From: Camelus dromedarius
Lineage: Eukaryota
Direction: 5' to 3'
Assembly (NCBI RefSeq): GCF_036321535.1
Contig: NC_087436.1
Coordinates: 48,424,001 to 48,488,000, forward strand
DNA length: 64,000 bases
The translations under genes and the position numbers were made by a program. This document shows, one piece after another, positions 1 to 12,140 of the stretch; positions within the stretch are counted from its first letter, which is position 1, and each line of letters starts with the position of its first letter. The notes beneath the pieces are model-generated. The model was not told the origin of the DNA and searched no databases. It saw nothing but the letters and a program-made list of their open reading frames with translations.

Positions 1-618
1 TTACTAAACAAAGGAATACCAGTCTTTAGTGTTTTTCACCTACATTAGAGGAAGTCATTGGATAAATTGGGTTTGATTCTAGGCATGTGATCAGGACACA
101 AATCACAGTAATATTCTGTAGTTGTTCCAAATTACCAAATGTATTTTGATCCTGGCATTTCCATGTCATCTGACTAATCAATAGACTAACCAGATTATGT
201 AATTACAAATTGTTAGAAAATGCTTTTAGTGATGATGACACCATCCCTACAAAAAAAGACATGATGTTTCCCTTGGGCAAGGTCTTCTGACTTAAAGGAA
301 TTCAGTGGTCTAACAGATTCAGGTTGACAGGCAAGTATAAATGATTGCTGAATGTTATAAATGTAATTATATCATATGCACCATTGATATAATGCAGTTT
401 TGTAGTTGTATATACATGAGTTATAACAGCAAAAATAAAATGGCAACCTAAACCCTTTTTTAAAGAAAGTCCACCCACCTCTCTCCATTTGCTTACATTA
501 TTTGACCCCATCTTCACTTTCCATTATATATATCAGCTTTTAGAACCATAATGAGGTATATATCTGTTGACTATGTTAAAACATAGTAACTTCTTTGCTC
601 ATTTTTTGAGAAATATAG

Positions 619-918
<300 letters not shown>

Positions 919-980
919 AATTTAGGTAAAAGGAAAAGGGCATTGGGTTTTACAGTCAGCAACCCAGTTTCAAAAATGCC

Positions 981-1740
981 TGTTAGCATGGCTATGGACC
1001 ATCAGAATTCCCATATGCTGTCAGTGAGACTGTACTTGGTATTTCCACTTGGGAAAACTGTTCAGCAGCTAAAAATAACATATAGGATTCAAGATTCTAA
1101 GGCAAATCTTATGACACAGTAATCACACTCCTAAGTGTATCCAACAGAAATATATATATTTGTACATTAAAAGACTTGAATGTACAAGAATGTTCACAGC
1201 AGTACTATTCATAAAAGCTAAAAACTGGAAATTACCCAAATGTCCATTAATAGTAGATTGGATAAGGAAATTGTAGTATATTTACACAATGGAATATTAT
1301 ACCGTAATGAAAATGAGCAAACTACAACTGCAGGTAATAAAGGAATTACCCAAACATAATGTTGAAAGAAGCCAGACATAAAAGAGTACATACTCTATGA
1401 TTCCATTTGTATAAATTTCACACTATAGTCGAAACTTATGTAATTTAAACTATTCTGATGTGAGAAGTGTTGGAAGTCGGAAGAGTAGTTACCCTTGGGG
1501 AGGAGATAGTAAAAGCACAAACCAAGGCAGCTTCTGAGATTCCGGTAATGTTATATTTCTTTTTTTTTTTAATATATATAAACTTTTTTTTATTGAGTTA
1601 TAGTCATTTTACAATGTGTCAGTAATGTTATATATCTTGATCTGGAAGCTGGTTTCATATAGTGCATTCATTTTGTGGACATTCAACAGCAAACACTTCT
1701 GCTTTATGAACTGTTTGGTATATACAGTACACTTAAAGTT
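981..1740 (+). mobile_element. Old L1 (L1MB/L1MC-type) 3' end fragment
   Basis: L1M 3' motifs gaatgttcacagcagtactattcataaaagctaaaaactggaaa, cacaatggaatatta, gaagccagacataaaagagtacatac; boundaries approximate. Confidence 0.8.
1561..1621 (-). mobile_element. Extremely 5'-truncated young L1 3' tip (~60 bp) with 16-bp TSD
   Basis: Flanked by gtaatgttatatttct (1545-1560) and gtaatgttatatatct (1622-1637). The reverse complement tgacacattgtaaaatgactataactcaataaaa...A-tail resembles the L1 end at ~31647-31705. Confidence 0.75.
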
Positions 1741-2869
1741 AAAACTCAGGAAATTACTATATATTTTAAAAACACTACACTACTTAACTTGATGCTAAGC
1801 AAGGAAAATTACTTAACCTGTGAAGGACTGTTTCCTTATGTTGAATACCTACTTCATAGTTACTGAAATGATTAAAACATCTTATGCTCAAAAAATGTTA
1901 TCTTTCTCTTCCACTCTTTTATAAGCTGTGGTTTCTATTTAGGTCTGGAAATAAAGGTAGTATCTCCAAACCAAGCTCTGCAGCAGAAATAAGTGTAACA
2001 ACTGTAATAACCAAATATGAATAAAGCTTTGACTGAAGAAGAGGTGTCCAGTCTACCTTGGAAGGTTGGTCAGTTTGGCTTAGTAGAGAGCTCCAGAATA
2101 ATCTCAAAGGCAGCAGTGAGGATCAATGAAGGATAATTCTAGTCAATCCTAACAGCCAAGCCCATCATCACCAAGTCAAAATTGGATCACCCACATGTTT
2201 AACATTTGCACATGAGCTTTATTGTTTATAAATTATTTTACCAAGATAGTCCCCAATTTACAAACAGGCTGTTTTCATAAAGTTAATTTATAAATTGCTT
2301 CTTTTGTGTGTGCAATATACTATATTTTCCATTGAAAAGAGATTTACAGCTGCTGGTTTATTCGCCTAGACTAGTTCTTGAAAGTGTACTTAATAATTAA
2401 TATTACCTGAACTCTAGCACAAATGGTATTAGCCTACATCCAAAATTTATAAAGTGTTCTTAAAGGAAAGCATATAAATTCCAAATTGAAACATCTTTAT
2501 TTTTCTGCATAGCCCCCTTCCATCATTGTGGGTCAACTTGCAATTGTCAAGCAGGAGCCTTAACAACTGGACTGAGTTTGAAAGTTATGTAAAATTGGCA
2601 TTTCTGCAGGGGTTGGTGACTTAGGATTAAAGAAAGAAATTTGAAGCTGAGAAGGTGAAATTGCAATTGAAGAGAAGAGTGAAAAAGTCAGGTTTTGAGC
2701 CCTTCATATCCTTCATTCATGTGATGTCAGCTAACTCTTCTAGAACACAAATACTAGTTAGCTTCAGGAAAGATATGTTGCGCAGAATCATTAAGGATTC
2801 AAGATCTCTGAGGCTGGCCTGGTGTCAATGATTAATAGAGGAAAGGTACTTTTAGTTTCAGAGGAAGAC

Positions 2870-4900
2870 TTCTGTGATGTTCTTCCCTGAATTATTTTAG
2901 ATTTGTGTGTATATACAGGTATATGTATATATATTTTACATAAATCCCTGAATGTGATCATATTACATACTTGACTTTTCTTTAGCATTTTTATATTTTG
3001 CTTTTTTCAGTTCGCCTTTACCTCTCCCCTCCTTCCATCTCTCCTCCTCTTCATGCAAACCAGCCCATTAGAGATAGCTCACATCAACATAAAACATGGT
3101 ATGCACCATTCGTGTCTTCTGCATGTCCAAATATTTGCACACACACAGAACACATACATAGACATAAACATACATAGGGCTTTTGTCTTTTTAAAAAACA
3201 TTTCATACTCTCTACATCTTTTTTTTTTAACACTACCAACACCACCTCATTTAATTCCTCCAAGTCTACAATGTAGCTTAAATTCATCCTTTTTAAAGGC
3301 TGCCTAACAGGATGTCAACATTTCAGTGTATACAGAACAATTTATGTGGCTACTCGTCTATTGCTGTGTATTCCAGTTTTCTGCCACCAAAAGCCATGTT
3401 CCAACAACTATTCTTGTACATGTTTTTTAATGTAACATTGGCTTTTTTCTAAAAGTTATATCCCCAAGAGTGAGATTTCTGGTCTCTTACTCAATTTATT
3501 TTCATAAATGTTGCAACAAACTTAATTTTCAGCAACATTTGAGTACCCTTTTCCTATATTCTTGTCATCAATCAGTGTTATCTTATACACCTACTGCTAA
3601 CACATTTGGTAAATGTAAATCGTATCTTACTGTTCATCTTAATGTGCATTTCCCAGACTAATACTGAATTGGAGCATCTTTTTATAAGCATGTTGGTCAT
3701 TCAGATTCACTCTTCTTTGAGCTGCCTCTTCACGTTCTTTGTCCTTTTTGTCATTTTTCTGTTGGATTATCTCTCACACTTCTTTGCTTGACAAAAACTT
3801 TAGTCAGGTTTCTGAACCTTCTCCTAGGCCCATTTGTGCACTTCCTTGTAAAATTCAGTTTTAGCAAGAACCCTGCTAAGTCAGTTTAACCAGAACCCTC
3901 CACCCTTGATATCTGGTCAGGTTCCTTGTCTAATCACTCCGGCCTGTCTTCAGCAAAGATCCTGTTAGGTTGGGTTACCCAGACTCCCTCTGACTCTTCC
4001 TTTTATTTCCCTCTTAGTTGTCTTCTACCTCTGATCTCCACCCTGCTCCTTCGCTACAAATTCCTACTTGCCCATGCTGTTATTCAGAGTTAGCCCAATC
4101 TCTCTCCCCTCCGTTGTAAATTCCTATTGCAGTGCTCCCTAGACCTATCTTGATGGTCCTAAATAAAGTCTGCCTTACCACTTTTAACAAGTGTTACTGA
4201 ATACTTTTTCTTTAATACTTCCTGCTTGGTAAATTGGAAGAGCTCCATGTATATTACAGATATTAGCCCTGTTTTTCACTTTGCAAAATTTTTTTTCAAT
4301 TCTATTATTTGTCCTTCAGTTTTATTTATGGTAACTTTCGCCAAACAAAATTTGTGAATTTTCTTAGTCATATATTTCTATGTACATGATACAAGATGGG
4401 GTTTTAGTTTCATTTCCTTTTCGATGGGTAACCAACTGTATATGCTATATTTATTAAATAATTCATCTCTTCCTACTGAAAAAAATGTAGGTAGATAGAT
4501 ATATAAATATGTATCTCCTTTATCTATTTCTGGATCTATTCTGGATTCATAATTCTTTTCCATTATCTATTTTATTTATATTATTATCAATACCAGAATG
4601 ATTTAATTTAAATGGTTTTATATCTTTCCTTGATATCTAGGAGGACAAGTTTCCCTTGTTTTTCCTTTTTCAAAATATTTTCTGGCTCCTCCCAGTCATT
4701 CATATATATAATTTTTCAGATCTGTTTTATCTAATTTCAAAAAAAAATTCATTTGCAGTGTGTATGTTTATAACAAATGACATTTTACAATATTAAATCC
4801 TCCCATGCAAGCATACAGGATGATTCTCCATCATATGTCATGTTTATTGTTTATATTACTGTATTTCTTGCATTTTTCTTTTCCTTAGTTTTACCAATTT
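2870..4900 (-). mobile_element. Degraded ancient L1 (L1M/L1ME-like), interrupted by an LTR
   Basis: Antisense L1 motifs such as catcttaatgtgcatttcccagactaatactgaattggagcatctttttataagcatgttggtcattc and acaatattaaatcctcccatgcaagc; heavily diverged, ends uncertain. Confidence 0.6.
3775..4218 (+). mobile_element. Solo ERV1-class LTR (MER31-like)
   Basis: aaactttagtcagg...cagttttagcaagaaccctgctaagtcagtttaaccagaaccctccacccttgatatctg, AATAAA at ~4162 followed by gtctgccttacc; resembles the recalled MER31 consensus. Confidence 0.7.
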
Positions 4901-7900
4901 ATAAAATTGCTATTAATTCAGTTTTTCTCCTTAATAATTTGGAAGTTCTACTCTAATTCATACCCATTAAGAATTATTTCCTTGTCCCTGAATTCAGAAT
5001 CAAGTACCTTCTTCTCTACCATTGTTTGATAACAAAGTAAGAACTATTTCCCTGAGAACTCTCTCCCCACTGCATTATACCCTCAGCTATTAAAATAAGA
5101 CCTTTAGAATACTTTCATTTCCTCCCTATTCTTTTCTTCTTACCCCATCTTCCCTAGGTAAGAAGTCTTTGGAATGCTTTTCCTTTCCCATATTACCAGA
5201 TTTTGCTAAGATAGTTAATTATTTAACTCAAAACTTTCCCCTTACAGATTGCCCTTTCTATTTCAAAAGCCCTTCTTACCATTTACATTGTGTAATCCTG
5301 GTAGTTTATCATTATCTCTTTTACCTAATACACAAATAGAAGGTTCATTCCTCACCATTGTTTTCTCTTCTCTAATCTTCCTCCATCTTCCTAGTTAGTG
5401 CCTTTTCCTAATATACTCTGATTTCTAGCCTAGTATCCCAGAAGTATTAAATTCCAGACATGGTCTTCCATGAGCCACCTGCAATAGCAAATTCTAGCTC
5501 CTCAAAATAATCAGCGCAGTGAATATAGGGAAATAATTTGTTAGGAATCATAAGAATAGCAAGGCACTGAAGCTGCCGTATTACACCTGAAGCTGGTTGT
5601 TTGACTTTTCTGGATGACAGTACATGTGTATCTGTTGAATAGACAATTACTGGAGATAATCAAAACTTGCAACAAAAGAACTTTGTGATCAGAATTAGCT
5701 CTAAGTAAAATAAATGATGTCCAGAAAGTTCATCTTTGGTATCCTGCCACCTTTCCTACTAGATGCTGTAATTTACAATCTCTCCTTACGTCCCTCCAGG
5801 TGCCCTATCTGTACGCTATTCTCACTTAGAAGACAAAAATCTCTACTAAACTTTATATTTGAAAGTGCTTTGAACATTCAAGATAATTTAAACTTGATAT
5901 TTTTGTGCAGCTGGCATTAGAGCCTCATTAGTACATACCATCTCAGGGCATTAGTGATTCACCTCTAATACTTACCAGCTCTGATCATAACTAGGTTTAC
6001 TCTTCTAGATAAAATTATCTCAATTAGCAACTTCAGGCTTTCTTTTTTTAGTTATGTTTATCTATATGCTGCATTTTTAAATATGGATTTGCTTAGATTT
6101 TCCTCTTCTACTGATTTTCAGGCAATCACAATTCTTTTACAAAAGGCTAGTGTTTTTAAGTGGCACTGCTATTTCCCATATTCTCATTCAAATTTTATTT
6201 GAAAAACAAGTTTCTTTTCATAAGCATCTGAAGATTTTTATTGTTAGTTCATATGCTTTAAGAGAAAATGTAATCTTTTCATATGAAAACTGAAAGTTAT
6301 AGAAAATCATTCTCTTTTGCTAAACTTATTAAAAGTGACTTTTAGTTTGCATTTTTCATTAATCTTTTTCAAAGAGAAATCAAATTGTGGTGTTGATTTT
6401 GGATGACTCCTGCACTGTTCTTTCCAAATTCCCCAGGTGCGAAAAGCTGAACAGGTTTTAAATTAACAAATATCAGCCAAATATCTTAGGGCTGAAAAGT
6501 TAAGTGGATGCATATATTGAGAGCATTTCTCTACTGGGATGGATAATATTCTAATGAGTCATTTTAAAGAGCAAATGTAAAACTCTGTCAGAGTAGCCTT
6601 GATATGAAGGCTTACCATGTGAATGCCATTATAGAAATGAGCAGACATTAATAACTACTATTTGAACAATTCTGTAGGCATTATATAGCAATGGGACAGG
6701 CAAGAAGAGTAGTTAGCCTCTTCATTAAAAAGGATTATTCTTTTTTCTTGCAATCATTGAGCCCCGGGCTTGTTTCTGCTGCTGTTGCTAAGGACAATAG
6801 CCTGCCAGATAGGAAATGATGTTGATGAAGACATAAAATAACACTTACACACGTATTTTACTCAAAAATCCAGAGAATTGGGAATAGTGGGTGTTAGGAG
6901 GGGGGTGGGAGTAAGGAAGGGGAAGGAAAAGAAAACAAACAAGGGAATACATAAGGGTGAAAAAAAAATACTATATAATAATTAATTCACATTGTGAAAT
7001 TCCAGCTGGCTCACTTTCAAACTAACAATTATTTCATTGTCCTAGGTCCTTTCTCCCCCCACCTCTTTTTTTTTTAGAGTTAGACTCCTATGAATTATCT
7101 CTGCCAAAACTTATCCAAAGTTAAAACCGTAAGTATAAAAAGTACAATAAGCAAAAATGTGCATATAAATTATTCTTTTTCATTCCAAACAGTTGGTATC
7201 TGAAAAAGATCCAGTTTTGTATAGAGGCAGATCAGCCATCAGCAACTATGTTTCTTTTCATTGTTATTGTAAAACTTGGGGTTATCATCCGAGAAGTACT
7301 GCAAATGGGTGTAAGCATAAAGTTGCTCCTGGTTTAAAAACCTACCTACTTACCTACCTATCTACCTATCTGGAACTGACTTCCTTCATAGGAGACTGTC
7401 ATTACAGGATCAGTGACCTCAACAACAGTGCATGACTCAAAGAATCAAGGTACGTACATGGTTCTTTAGAAAGGCAACTGCTCCCAGCAGCAGCAGACTA
7501 GTTTTGCCAAGTGATTCTTCCTAAGAACTTTCCCAGAAAAAGAAAAAAAAATCGATAGATTCTCTTTGTAATCACTCCAAAGAAGTGTTTAGTGATCTCT
7601 CTCCCTTTAAAATCTCTTAAATACTCCAATTAAGAAGCTGCCCTAATCTCCTTGCATGAACTACTAGAATTTAGGGTTTTTAAAAAAATTTATCATCATC
7701 TTTCCCTACAGTTTAAACAAAAGAGAAGTTAAATTTCTTATTCAAATAAAAGAAACCACATGACTAACTGAGAAAGAAAGTATACTGTAATGGAGAAAAG
7801 CTGAGAATTAGTAAGATCTAGGTTTCAGTCTTAGCATAGGCATTTATGTAAGTTTTCTGTTGATTCTTTGGGGTAAAATGCCTGGTTTACCTCTAGGGAG

Positions 7901-8824
7901 TTAAATTGATGAGACATGTGAAAATACTTCATTAGCTATAAAGCACTAAACATCTTACTAATAATTTTATAATAAAATCCATGAGTAGACAGACATTATT
8001 CATATATACCCCTAAATTTGTTAGAGAAGGAAACAGTTCTTCCTTAACTAAAAAGCTTCCTCCACAAAACAGCAATTTGCAGTATTATTGTTAGTTGAGT
8101 TACAGTAATTTGCTTCCCTAGTTTTAATTTTGTATCTTGGTGATGAAGTTTTAGTTTTCAAACCACTGCACAGCACTTAGAACCAGCACTTGTGTCACAA
8201 TTTATGTAGCTAAAACACAGCTAATATTGCACACTTTGATCATTTTTTTGTACACGCTGATATTTTTATATTTTTAAAGGTACAACATGTAATTTCCCTA
8301 GAAAATTGAGGAATTATACTCATGCCCTTTAAATGTCCCTGTTACAATCAACAGTAAGGTGCTCCTCTACCCATCAATAATTTGAAAATAGGATTGCTTT
8401 TACTTAGGTTAAACTAACATACAATAATTAGAAGTACTGTTTTCCTAGCCTAAGACAATTGTAAAACTATTTGAAACTTTATCAATAGTATTAAACCAGT
8501 GAAAGGGCATCAATAAACCAGCATATACATATCTAAAACATGGATTTCAGTGAGGGTGCAGGGAGGGAAGAAAAGCTTCAGTACAAACCATCTCTAGTGA
8601 GAGAAAAGATACTACATCTGGTATAAAGGAACAATCAGGTCTATTTAAAGACAGGGCTTCTATAAAATATTCTTTAAGAAACTCTTCATTTTATATACAC
8701 CAAGTAATCTTCTGAATAAGAATTCACCTTCTTAGGAAATGTGATACCAGGAAAGGAGACAGAAGAGAATAAGAATGCTAGTTTCTGGAAAGAAACATCC
8801 CATTCATTAACTGAAACACCCCAT

Positions 8825-9020
8825 TCATAAATTATTAACATAATATACATCTTCAGAACTAAACGAGGTAAGTTCCATTACTATTACCATCTTATAGATG
8901 AGGGAAGTAGGTATACAGAGGCTAAACAGTTGACCAAGAGCATACATGCCTTTAAGTTGGAGAGCTAGAGTCAAAACTGGGTAATCTGGCTTCAAAACCA
9001 ATCCTACTAAGCTCTATATA
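8825..9020 (-). mobile_element. MIR SINE
   Basis: MIR core ccatcttatagatgagggaagtaggtatacagagg; representative of many MIR fragments (also ~7780-7960, 13825-14150, 18860-19000, 30050-30280, 31240-31420, 40930-41130, 43560-43750, 53930-54100). Confidence 0.7.
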
Positions 9021-11215
9021 TTTCTTAGCATCTCTGAGAGTCATCTACACATGAAGGTTTTTGGACCCACAAGCTAAGACCCAGAGTTTGGGACCTTGTT
9101 AAACTCACTAACATTCTAGGCCCTATACATACCCTTTATCTTGCTGACATGCTTATTAAATTTGAATGTTCGGTAAATGGTATAAATGAGAATTTACATA
9201 TTTTTTTAAAGTAACAATAAATTCTTTGTTTGGTGGGCACTTAATGTTCTTGTACTGTACTTAATGTTCTTCACAGAAACAAGGCAGGAAAAAAATTTCC
9301 AATTCTATATAAAAATTAACATGTACTGAAAATTACTCATCTCATAAGAATAATACACATGGAATTTCTATATATAAGAAAAGTTAGTAATGTCAACATT
9401 CCCTGTAAGATAGTGAGCCAACATTGCATAAGAAAGTTATCTTGGGGGAAGGTCAGCTTTTTCTGCTGGTTTAGTTTGCAACACATAAATAGATGAACAC
9501 ATAAATAGATGTTGAGAGACACCAGATGTTTAGTCTGTGACCTAACACCATCTCCTACTGCCGAAATCCTTAAAGGGCTGGATACCAGTTAGAAGCCAGA
9601 ATAGTTATGTCCAATTCACTAACAATGACATTATTTTTTGTTGATACTGTAAGAGGTCTCTCATCCCAGAAATAGAAATAAAATAGAATTAAGTTTTCTG
9701 TAGAAATAACGACTGAATGAGGCTAAGTGGATAATTTGATTAATGCTTTTATGTAACTTGAAAAACTGGGAATAAATATTTCAACTATTTAAATAGTTGA
9801 AACAGTCTATAGATTATATTATGATTATTTGTAGAAACTTAATATAATTGGGAAAAAATCAGAAAGTATAGCCTCACAAAAGACTCTGTCACAGTTTTTA
9901 TTCCCAAAAGTATAACATATCTTGAGTACAAAATAACTTTTGAGATTTATTTGTGTTTAGTTATCAACAGATGTTAATGATGCTCTGTTAATATTCAGTT
10001 TTTCATGAAGAAAATAAAATTTCTATGATGGTACCACATCCTGGCCTACAAGAACACCATGGACATAATTAAATAAATGAACTTTAACTAGACTTTTTAT
10101 AACTCAGCATGCAGTGTTGTTTTACCTTTCCTTCTTATTGCAGGCTATAAATAGTGACAATACTAAAATACTGTGTGTATGATTTTCCTTTTAAAATAGT
10201 CCTACCTCCACAGATGCATTTCTTTTTTGGTATCTCAGTCATCATCTCAAGGCTGGTAAACTTGAAGCTCATAATGCCTAAGTTAATTTTCATTGTTCCT
10301 ACAAAATCTGTAAGATGAGTAAAAATAGGCATTTGACACCTTAATACTTATGTATGTTAAGTTTTTGGCTATAATTTCTTTTAATATATTGACTGTATGA
10401 TGGTACATAAAAAATAAAATACATTAATCTTAAATGCTCTCCTAAACATAAAAACTATAAATAATCTTTTACTAAGTATCTAAAGAATCTTTGTAAGAAG
10501 CCACCTAGAATAAAAAAATAGACTGCTGCTTTTATGGTCAATTTATTGGAAACTACATTGGCAACACTTTGCAACGTGTTTATTCTTCAGAGCTAGTCAA
10601 AATCTATTACTAATTGTTTTGCTAAATGGAAAGAAAAAGTTCGGTACAGAGTTGGAAATTTCAGTCTTTTAAAAAAGTCACCTTAAGTATACTACCAGTC
10701 TGGGTTACTCTGGCAAGCAATAGCAATAATATTCAAATGTCATGTCTTCTAGCTTTTACGATGTTCAGCTCTCTAGAATCAACAGTTGGTCATTTTCAAT
10801 ATTATTAAAATATGACTAGTTAATAAGCCTGACAAAAATTCTAACTTGCCATTCTTAAAAAGGAGAGTACATTTATAATACGGATACACAATATAATAGA
10901 AACCCAAGGGCTTCCAATTGCATGCAACATGCCCCTACAAATAAGAAACTACATATTAATATAGTTCAAGTTATCTAAAGGTATAAAGAAAAAGCAATGT
11001 GCTAGCCAACATCCCCCCTGAAAAACAAATCTTCATGAAACACAGGCAATTTCCTCCCTATATTCTAAAGGGTCAAAAAGCATAGGCAAAAATGAAGCAT
11101 TTCTCCAATCAATTGAAAACAATATATATCAAGTAAAACATTAGTCAAGTCTAGAAGAGAAATAAAATAAAAATAGGCCAGTTATATTTTAGATACAAGT
11201 GACAAATGTATTTTT

Positions 11216-11221
11216 TTTATT
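11216..11221 (-). terminator. AIMP1: Candidate proximal AIMP1 polyadenylation signal (AATAAA)
   Basis: tttatt on + = AATAAA on -, ~45 nt after the stop codon, with T/GT-rich sequence further downstream on the minus strand. Confidence 0.55.
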
Positions 11222-11265
11222 GTTAAGTTTTCCCCAAAGTATTTCAGTAACTGAAACATTTTATT

Positions 11266-11432
11266 TTATTTTATTCCACTGTTGGCCATAGTTTGAGCCC
11301 TACAAACTCCCTTCCCTTTCACCTCAAAGGGAGCTCCTTTGTATGTAGCCACACACTCCTCATTAGTGTAAAGATCAGGCTGGATCTGCTCCCAAATCTT
11401 CTTCTTAGGATTCAGCTCCTTGTCAGGCTCTC
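11266..11432 (-). CDS. AIMP1: AIMP1 last coding exon (C-terminus of EMAP II / tRNA-binding domain)
   Basis: Acceptor ttttctcccgaacag; (G)EPDKELNPKKKIWEQIQPDLYTNEECVATYKGAPFEVKGKGVCRAQTMANSGIK-TAA(11268-11266); 167 nt. Confidence 0.97.
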
Positions 11433-11485
11433 CTGTTCGGGAGAAAAAAAATTACGTAGCTAATGTATCAAATAAATTGTCCATA

Positions 11486-12140
11486 GAAAAACAGTATGGA
11501 GTTTTCTTACAAACTAAATAAAGAACTACCATGTGATCCAGCAATCCCACTCCCAGGCATATATCCAGAAAAGACGAAAACTCTAAATCAAACATACATG
11601 CACCCTAAAGTTCATATAAGCACTATTTACAATAGCCAAGCTATGTAAGCAACGTAAGTGTCCATTAATAGATGAATGGATAAAGATGTGGGGTATATAT
11701 ACAATGGAATATTACTCAGCCATGAAAAAGAATGAAATATTGCAAATGGACCTAGAAATTATCAAAATTATCATCCTAAGTGAAGTCACTGAGACAGAGA
11801 AAGACTAATTTATGGTATCACTTATATGTGGTATCTAAAAAAAATACAAATTAATTTATTAACAACACAGAAACATATTCACAAACATAGAATATAAACT
11901 TATGGTTATCAAAGGGGAGAGGAATAAATTAGGAGTATGGGATTAACAGATACACACTATTGTGTGTATATATATATATATATATATAAAATAGATAAAT
12001 AAGTTAATACTGTACAGCATAGGGAACTATATAAAAAAATACATATACATGTACATATACATATATAACTGAATCACTTTGCTGTACATCTGAAACTAAC
12101 ACAATATTGTAAATTAACTCTACTTCAATTTAAGAAAGAA
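11486..12140 (+). mobile_element. L1 3' end (ORF2 C-terminus plus 3'UTR), antisense to AIMP1, ~50 bp from the last exon acceptor
   Basis: gaactaccatgtgatccagcaatcccactcc...acaatggaatattactcagcc...aactgaatcactttgctgtacatctgaaactaacacaatattgtaaatt; internal (TA)n at ~11967-11987. Confidence 0.9.
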
